A stretch of 64,000 nucleotides of DNA. Origin: Candidatus Roizmanbacteria bacterium CG_4_9_14_0_2_um_filter_38_17 (GTDB lineage: Bacteria > Patescibacteriota > Microgenomatia > GCA-00278855). Shown here in pieces: positions 57,865 to 64,000 of this stretch (position 1 is its first letter; each line of letters begins with the position of its first letter). The notes beneath the pieces are model-generated. The model was given only the letters and a program-made list of their open reading frames with translations. It was not told the DNA's origin and ran no database searches. The DNA lies in NCBI GenBank assembly GCA_002788855.1, contig PFSB01000017.1, positions 35,739-99,738 of the forward strand, read 5' to 3'. A program made the translations under genes and the position numbers.

Positions 57865-58829
57865 AATTCCAATTGTACACCAGGAGCTCCTGTTTGAATA
57901 TTAATTAATTCCCCACCTGCAGCAACGATCGCTTGCTCAACTGGTTGCTTAGTTTTGTCTGATACCAGTGCAATCATACAATCTCCTCCACCAGCGCCGG
58001 AGAGTTTTGCCCCATAAGCTCCCGCACTTAGCGCGGCTACGCACAAATCATCCAATTTTTCGGTAGAAACTCCTAATTGAACCAGGAGTCCATGATTGAT
58101 GCGCATGAGATTGCCTAAGCTTTGCCAATCCTGATTTTCAAGACAAATTTTTCCTTGGCTTACTAGCTCTGCTATTGTATTAAAAATGTCATCAAACATC
58201 GCTGGATTTTTTTCTTTACGCTTTGCAAGGTCTTTAACAATTGTAGCTGTATCTTCCTTGATTCCTGAATAACCCACAACCAGTGATATTTTTGCTTTAG
58301 TAGTTGGTTCAATCTCTTTTCCACCAGTTACAAAGTAAAGTGTGCCGCCAAAAACAGCTGCTGCAACATCAAAACCCGAGCCAACTCCTTGAACGTCTAA
58401 CACTGTCTGGTAGCTAAGATCAAATATTTCACGCTTAGATAGATTTATACCAGTTAATTCAGCTAATCCTTTTATCGTGCAGACTGCAGCGCCGGATGAG
58501 GAGCCAAATCCAAATTTTGCTTTGAATTGGGATTTGGTAGTTATGCTGACACCGTGTTTTAGTGGGTATACTTTGTGAAAATTTCTTACTGCAATCTCGA
58601 CAAACTGAGCAGGTTTAGGAATCTCTCCTTTTCCAAGCTCTTCCAGCTTTTTTTCGTAGTTTTCTAACTCTACATCCTTAGCATTTAGAATTATTTTTTG
58701 GGTTCTGAGCTTTGATATTTGAGCTTGTAATCGGTGGTTTATGGCTGTAACAAGGCATGGGCGGTTATATACAACTGCGTGTTCACCTAATAGCATTAAT
58801 TTCCCCGGAGCTGAAACTTTAATCGTCAT
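57861..58829 (-). CDS. GHMP kinase, probable phosphomevalonate kinase
   Basis: APGKLMLLGEHAVVY, GFGSS, GSGFDVAA, KLSGAGGGDC. Confidence 0.8.
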   Translation of the reverse strand: MTIKVSAPGKLMLLGEHAVVYNRPCLVTAINHRLQAQISKLRTQKIILNAKDVELENYEKKLEELGKGEIPKPAQFVEIAVRNFHKVYPLKHGVSITTKSQFKAKFGFGSSSGAAVCTIKGLAELTGINLSKREIFDLSYQTVLDVQGVGSGFDVAAAVFGGTLYFVTGGKEIEPTTKAKISLVVGYSGIKEDTATIVKDLAKRKEKNPAMFDDIFNTIAELVSQGKICLENQDWQSLGNLMRINHGLLVQLGVSTEKLDDLCVAALSAGAYGAKLSGAGGGDCMIALVSDKTKQPVEQAIVAAGGELINIQTGAPGVQLEL

Positions 58830-59758
58830 ACAACTATTTTTTCAATGCGTACTCCTTCTGTTCCTAGATTGGCTTTCATAATTTCAAGGCCATATTTTTT
58901 AATACTCTGTTTAAGCTTGTTAAGATTTTTATGATATACAGGTAATACCCCTGATTTATCCTTAAATCCTCCCCCTCCGCTAATCTTTGCTACTCCTCCG
59001 CTTTTTTCTATACTGCGAATAATCGAAGCGGTAGAGTTGCTGACCATACCGGCTTTTTCCAGAAGTCTTCCGTTTTCTTTTATTCCCTTCATTAGTGACA
59101 GCTCGTCCTCGTCGTGAATGGCTTGGGTTATCTGTTTAGTAACTATTTCAAAATCATCCACCGAATTTGGTTTGAATTTTTCAACCATTTCTTTAGTTGA
59201 TTCTTTGGGCTTACCAGTATTGATAAGATAAAAATGCTGGAGCGAATTGGCTACTTTAAACTGAAACTTAAAGAGGGATTTTAAGAATTCAAATTCTTTC
59301 CTGTACCAGACAAATCCCCCAAATGTAACTGTTGATGTGTCAACTCCCGAGGGGTTGCCGTGCTGGAACTTGTCTACCTTGTAGGCTAGCTCGTTTATTA
59401 ATCTGTGGTCAAGTTTAGAATTTCCGGAAGTGGCTACTAAAAATGCAGTTACAATTCCTACACCAAGAGCAGCGGATGACCCCATGCAGGCACCACGTGG
59501 GATATCACTTATGATTTCAAGATTGAAATTCGTGGGAAACTTTGCGCCAAGATAGTTTTGCATTATCTCAACAGCCTTTTTTACTAGCTTCCCCTTAGTC
59601 ATGGCATATCGAGAACCCGCTTCTCGAAGTTCAGGATATGTGGTTAGGGTTACAGTTAGACGCTTGTCCACTGCGGCTGCAAGAGCTGGCTTACCATAAA
59701 CAACCGCATGCTCCCCTGTTATTATTATTTTCCCCGGTACACTGATTACTACTTTCAC
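58826..59758 (-). CDS. mvk: Mevalonate kinase
   Basis: PGKIIITGEHAVVYG, MGSSAA, HGNPSGVD, KISGGG. Confidence 0.88.
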   Translation of the reverse strand: MKVVISVPGKIIITGEHAVVYGKPALAAAVDKRLTVTLTTYPELREAGSRYAMTKGKLVKKAVEIMQNYLGAKFPTNFNLEIISDIPRGACMGSSAALGVGIVTAFLVATSGNSKLDHRLINELAYKVDKFQHGNPSGVDTSTVTFGGFVWYRKEFEFLKSLFKFQFKVANSLQHFYLINTGKPKESTKEMVEKFKPNSVDDFEIVTKQITQAIHDEDELSLMKGIKENGRLLEKAGMVSNSTASIIRSIEKSGGVAKISGGGGFKDKSGVLPVYHKNLNKLKQSIKKYGLEIMKANLGTEGVRIEKIVV

Positions 59759-60054
59759 TTTATTTTAAATTTAATTCCATAAGGAATGATGCCTTCTTTG
59801 CTACTTTCTCTGACTTTGCGTAAAACGGCTTTTACTTTTACTCCGGATTTTAGCTTTAGAATATTACAGTCAACTAGCTGACCGGCCATTTTTACTCCAG
59901 ATTTAAGCTCTATTAATGCAACAATGTATGGAGCAAATTGCTTAAATCCGGTAGGTGGCGTGCGCACGATAGTCCAAGACAGCACTTGTCCTTCCTGTAA
60001 TAGGAGTTCTGGAATGTATTTTTGCCTGCGCCAGAGTTTTATTGGACTTATCAT
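59755..60054 (-). CDS. DUF35-family OB-fold scaffold protein (no zinc ribbon)
   Basis: SWTIVRTPP.GF...PY.VALIEL...YGIKF, adjacent to thiolase. Confidence 0.85.
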   Translation of the reverse strand: MISPIKLWRRQKYIPELLLQEGQVLSWTIVRTPPTGFKQFAPYIVALIELKSGVKMAGQLVDCNILKLKSGVKVKAVLRKVRESSKEGIIPYGIKFKIK

Positions 60055-60061
60055 ATTATTT

Positions 60062-60099
60062 AAGGCAAGGCCTTTAATTTTTATTAAAGGCCTTGCCTT
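60062..60099. repeat. Doublet hairpin overlapping the thiolase 3' end
   Basis: AAGGCAAGGCCTT-N12-AAGGCCTTGCCTT; supplies the C-terminal KGKAFNKN*. Confidence 0.75.
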
Positions 60100-61231
60100 T
60101 ATTAGTTAAGATGTGAATTACTGCAGTTCCTCCTGATCCTCCAATATTGTGAGTTAATCCTAATTTAGCCTCTCCTTTGACCTGCCTTTTACCGGCCGAG
60201 CCCCTAAGTTGCTCAACTATTTCCACAACCTGCTTTACGCCAGTTGCTCCAACTGGGTGGCCAGCGGCTTTTAATCCTCCCGATGTGTTTACTATTAGCC
60301 CCTTACTTCCTAGCTTAAATTGTCCTTTTTCCAGCCTTGGACCCGCTTCTCCTTTTTTAACAAATCCAATATCTTCAAGAGCTAATATTTCAGCTATCGT
60401 GAAGCAGTCGTGAAGCTCGGCAACGTTTATTTCTTGTGGATCAATATTTGCACTGGCAAATGCTTTTTGAGAAGCAAGTTTTGTTGCTTTGATTTCAGTA
60501 ATAGACTCTCTTCCTGCTAACCCGGTGCTATCTGTGGCAACTTGTGAAGCAAGGATTTTTACTTGTTGATTTTTTGCTGTAAGAATTACAGCACTCGCTC
60601 CATCTGTGATCGGCGAGCAATCGTATAGTTTAAGTGGGTCGGCAATACATGTGCTGTTTAGCACATCTTGTTTAGTTAGTGTAAATGGATATTGGGCTTT
60701 GCAGTTTAAGCTGGCGTGAAAGTGATTTTTAACTGCAACTAGCGCAAGTTGGCTTTCTGTTGTGCCATACTTTTGCATATGCGCTCTTGCCATTAACGCA
60801 TAAAGAGCTGGAAATGTTAATCCAGCAATACGCTCGTCTTCACTAGCTGCCTGCATTAAGCCCGCGGCGACTTCTTCGGGTGCATAGTCAGTCATTTTTT
60901 CGATACCTAAAGCTAGTACGGTTTGATATGAACCGCTTTTTACCGCCTGACAAGCTTGGTGTACGGCAATACCACCGGAAGCACAGGCTGCTTCAACTTT
61001 AATCGCTGGAATGTTTAAACCAAGTTCTCCAGAGATGGCGGCTCCTAGCTGTTCTTGATCACCAAAATTACCAGAAAGCATGTTTCCAACATAAATAGCA
61101 TCGAGGTTCTTTATTTCAAGGTTAGCGTCCTCAAGTGCGCCATAAATAGCTTCTTTCATTAAAGAAGCAAATCCCTGACTCCAGAGTTCTCCAAATTTTG
61201 TTGTATATACTCCTGCAATGCCTATTGTCAT
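60074..61231 (-). CDS. Acetyl-CoA acetyltransferase (archaeal-type thiolase)
   Basis: EAACASG, CSPITDGA, ELHDCF, GHPVGATG, HNIGG. Confidence 0.92.
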   Translation of the reverse strand: MTIGIAGVYTTKFGELWSQGFASLMKEAIYGALEDANLEIKNLDAIYVGNMLSGNFGDQEQLGAAISGELGLNIPAIKVEAACASGGIAVHQACQAVKSGSYQTVLALGIEKMTDYAPEEVAAGLMQAASEDERIAGLTFPALYALMARAHMQKYGTTESQLALVAVKNHFHASLNCKAQYPFTLTKQDVLNSTCIADPLKLYDCSPITDGASAVILTAKNQQVKILASQVATDSTGLAGRESITEIKATKLASQKAFASANIDPQEINVAELHDCFTIAEILALEDIGFVKKGEAGPRLEKGQFKLGSKGLIVNTSGGLKAAGHPVGATGVKQVVEIVEQLRGSAGKRQVKGEAKLGLTHNIGGSGGTAVIHILTNKGKAFNKN

Positions 61232-62313
61232 ATTATGCCTGTCATTTTTAAATACTGGATATAGTTTATGTACTCTTTGTCTTTAATCTGTGTGGATACA
61301 GAATTATTTTTAGGTAAACTATGAAACAGTAGTTTTCGGTATTCTACTATCTCCTTTGTTACTTCAAAACTAAAAGCATCAGACCCCGCTCCTGAGCCGT
61401 ATGAAACAACAAAAATTCGTTCTCCTGGCTTTGCTACGTCCAACACTGCTGCAAATCCTATAAGGGTTGAGGCAGAATATGGATTGCCTATTTGATTAAT
61501 AATTAAACTTGGCTCAAGTTGTGAGCTTGAAAATCCTAGTTCTTTTGCTACTTGTCTTGGAAACTTGCCATTTGGCATATGAAAAACACAGTATTTATAG
61601 TCTGTTGGTTCTGTTTTGCTTATCTTTAATAGTTGAGTTGCTGCCTCTTTGACGTGTCTTAGATACGCAGGCTTGCCGGTAAATCTACCGCCATGAGAAG
61701 GATATTTAATTCCATCTCTGCGCCAGAAGTCTGGGGTATCGGAAGAATAAGAAGTCATACAGATAAGCTTGGCAATTACTTTTTCGCTTCCTAGAATATA
61801 GGCTACTGCAGCCGAACCGGCTGTATACTCTAGCGCATCGTGCGGTCTGCTCTGTGCTTTATCCGATCCGATAACTAATGCCTGATGATATCTTCCTGAC
61901 TCAATAAGTCCGAGGCTGGCCTGCATACCTGCTGTAGCTGCTTTGCAGGCGAATTCCAGATCTGCCGCAAGATAATTATTTGATAAGCCAAGGGTGTCTC
62001 CCACAATTGTAGATGTGGGATTTACTGCGTATGGATGAGATTCTGATCCAACAAAAACTATGTCAATACTTCCAACTTGCTTAAGACTTAACCTTTCACT
62101 TCGTAAAGGGTTAAGTCTTGCAATTGCAAGCTGGGCTGCTTCTACTGCCAGAGTTACCGAGTCTTCGTCGATACCCGCTACTGCCTTTTCGTTTATTCCC
62201 AGTGAAGTGATCACATCATTGGGATTTTTACCCCAGACACTACAGATTTCCTCTACCTTTATTCGGTAGCGTGGAATGTATGATCCATAACTAATAATTC
62301 CTGCTTGTTTCAT
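61228..62313 (-). CDS. HMG-CoA synthase (archaeal-type)
   Basis: GSESHPYAV, EFACKA, DTPDFWRR, FHMPNGKFP, SYGSGAGSDA. Confidence 0.93.
   Translation of the reverse strand: MKQAGIISYGSYIPRYRIKVEEICSVWGKNPNDVITSLGINEKAVAGIDEDSVTLAVEAAQLAIARLNPLRSERLSLKQVGSIDIVFVGSESHPYAVNPTSTIVGDTLGLSNNYLAADLEFACKAATAGMQASLGLIESGRYHQALVIGSDKAQSRPHDALEYTAGSAAVAYILGSEKVIAKLICMTSYSSDTPDFWRRDGIKYPSHGGRFTGKPAYLRHVKEAATQLLKISKTEPTDYKYCVFHMPNGKFPRQVAKELGFSSSQLEPSLIINQIGNPYSASTLIGFAAVLDVAKPGERIFVVSYGSGAGSDAFSFEVTKEIVEYRKLLFHSLPKNNSVSTQIKDKEYINYIQYLKMTGII
61313..61328 (+). repeat. Dispersed motif copy, antisense inside HMG-CoA synthase
   Basis: Exact match; reads LFHSLP. Confidence 0.9.
62083..62119. repeat. Doublet hairpin in frame inside HMG-CoA synthase
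   Basis: AAGACTTAACCTT-TCACTTCGTAA-AGGGTTAAGTCTT; same spacer as the trmD copy. Confidence 0.75.
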
Positions 62314-63419
62314 CTTGCTAATTTTTGGTGCGCCACTGCTAGTGACCCTACTGATTGACTGGCTAATAAAGATAATTCACCAGCAAGAACTGCTCCGGCA
62401 AGAACTTCAGCTAATTCCTGCGAGCTACCTACTTTTAGTATTTGAAGTGCTTCTTTTTGTGTGGCAAGTTTAGTCCCTCCACCAACTATTCCCACTAACA
62501 AAGCTGGCAAGTAAACACTAAAGTGTAGATCGCCGTTAGCAAGTCCTCTTGCAACGGTGATTCCCATGCTTCCTTCCACAACATGAGCAGGATCTTGTCC
62601 GGTAGCAATAAATATGGCAGCAACAATGTTGGCGTAGTGTGCGTTAAAACCCATGCTTCCACTTAACGCGGATCCCAGTATGCATTTTGCAAGCCAAACT
62701 TCCTGGATCTTTGGAGCTGTGGTTTTTAGTGTTTCACTTACAACATTGGCGGGGATAATAACTTCAGCCCAGGCTTTAAACCCGCGACCATTTATGAAGT
62801 TAAGCCACGCCGGCTTCTTATCTATGTCATAGTTACCGGCAATAGAGATGCAACTGGATTTGGTTTTGGCTTCAATTGTTTTGGCTATTTTGTCCGTAGC
62901 AATTGTTGCCATGTTCATGCCCATCGCATCTTGGGTATTAAAGTACAGACGTAAAAATACGTAATTACCAACAGAGCTTGTATCTATTTTTGTTAGCTCG
63001 ATGTGAGACGACATTGTTTTGGCAATTTTGTCTAAATTTTTTAAATTTCTCTCCACCCACTTTACAAGAGAACCCGCTTCTCTAAGTGATTTAATTTTAA
63101 AAACTGGCCCACGAGTTACTCCCACTCTTGATGCAATCGAAACAGCTCCCTTGGATCTTGCGATCGCTTTGCAACCACGATTTACAGAAGCTACAAGTGC
63201 TGCCTCAGTTGTGGAAAGAGGTAAAAAATATTCTCTGCCGTTAACCAAAAGCGGGCCGGCAATACCCATTGGAATTTGTGTCGAGCCAATAACGTTTTCA
63301 CAATTTTTGTTCTGTTCGCCAATTGTATGTTTACCCATTTGCTCTAGATTAACATTGAGCTTTGTCTCTAGATACTCTCTGCGTTCTTTTGCTGATTTTA
63401 GGTTGCGTAACTTTGTCAT
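62310..63419 (-). CDS. hmgA: HMG-CoA reductase (class I)
   Basis: CENVIG, LSTTEAALVAS, DAMGMNM, GQDPAH, GELSL. Confidence 0.93.
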   Translation of the reverse strand: MTKLRNLKSAKERREYLETKLNVNLEQMGKHTIGEQNKNCENVIGSTQIPMGIAGPLLVNGREYFLPLSTTEAALVASVNRGCKAIARSKGAVSIASRVGVTRGPVFKIKSLREAGSLVKWVERNLKNLDKIAKTMSSHIELTKIDTSSVGNYVFLRLYFNTQDAMGMNMATIATDKIAKTIEAKTKSSCISIAGNYDIDKKPAWLNFINGRGFKAWAEVIIPANVVSETLKTTAPKIQEVWLAKCILGSALSGSMGFNAHYANIVAAIFIATGQDPAHVVEGSMGITVARGLANGDLHFSVYLPALLVGIVGGGTKLATQKEALQILKVGSSQELAEVLAGAVLAGELSLLASQSVGSLAVAHQKLAR

Positions 63420-63422
63420 ATT

Positions 63423-64000
63423 TTAGATAAACGGAATGCGGAAAATATTTAACTTGTACATTAACAATGCATAACCAATACCAGCGGGAAATATAATTAT
63501 GGAAGCTATAATTATGCGTTGTAAGTCAAGCTTGAGAGCGAAACGGAGAGTTAGGTAATATAAAATGCCTTTCCATAGAAATAATATTAAACTAGCTACA
63601 ACAAATGCATAACTAAAAAGCTGACCAGCTAATGAAGAGGTACGAGGTGGTGGAATAAGAAAATAGAGAGTGGAAGTCATGTAAAACCAGATTAACGTTG
63701 GCCAGAGACTATAACCCCAGGCGATTGCCACGCCAGACAATTTTCCCTCACCCTTAAGCAGCCTCCCCACAGAATATATGCTTAACACCACCAGTGCGTA
63801 AGTGGTAAGTGTTACCATGGAAATAGTTATCCCGCTTTTGGCTACAATGTATGGGTGAAGTCCGTGTCTTACAACGCCAGCGAAGAAAAAATATAACCCG
63901 ATAAAAACAAACAGTGGAAAGATTTGCACAGGGTGAACACTTTTAACAATCTCTCGATAGGTTTCATATGGCTTGGCAAAAACTCCATAAGAGTTTTGTA
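63423..64000 (-). CDS. Yip1-like membrane protein, probably 5'-partial
   Basis: Multiple TM helices; frame stays open to the window end (KPYETYREI). Confidence 0.7.
   Translation of the reverse strand, partial: QNSYGVFAKPYETYREIVKSVHPVQIFPLFVFIGLYFFFAGVVRHGLHPYIVAKSGITISMVTLTTYALVVLSIYSVGRLLKGEGKLSGVAIAWGYSLWPTLIWFYMTSTLYFLIPPPRTSSLAGQLFSYAFVVASLILFLWKGILYYLTLRFALKLDLQRIIIASIIIFPAGIGYALLMYKLNIFRIPFI

Overview
AT-rich bacterial chromosomal segment. Its gene set points by inference to a Patescibacteria (CPR), probably Microgenomates, genome: a hybrid mevalonate operon, archaeal-type UMP and cytidylate kinases, VirB4-like ATPase, VirB2-like pilins, class II RNR and tRNA-Ile(UAU). It holds about 60 CDS (glycan cluster, trmD, recF, ftsH, trpR-trpS, nrdR-nrdJ with intein and pduO, guaBA, groESL, smpB, comF, MVA pathway), 6 tRNAs, a tmRNA, a cobalamin riboswitch, four intact toxin-antitoxin (TA) modules and several TA or recombinase remnants. 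No CRISPR array, rRNA or intact transposase was seen. The most striking unexplained structure is a layer of short dispersed DNA elements. (1) An 18-nt motif TRGGTAAACYATGAAACA occurs in 9 near-perfect copies, all on the + strand, with R/Y covariation implying a mini-hairpin. (2) Several REP-like hairpin families with 5-nt loops sit in frame inside conserved enzymes. (3) A HicBA module is bracketed by a 107-bp direct repeat that carries one of these hairpins and two outward-facing -35 boxes. Also notable are a B12 riboswitch before an unknown gene, a leader peptide plus terminator before a UMP kinase-methyltransferase fusion, and a 34-codon tmRNA tag. All calls come from reading the sequence by eye; no searches were run.
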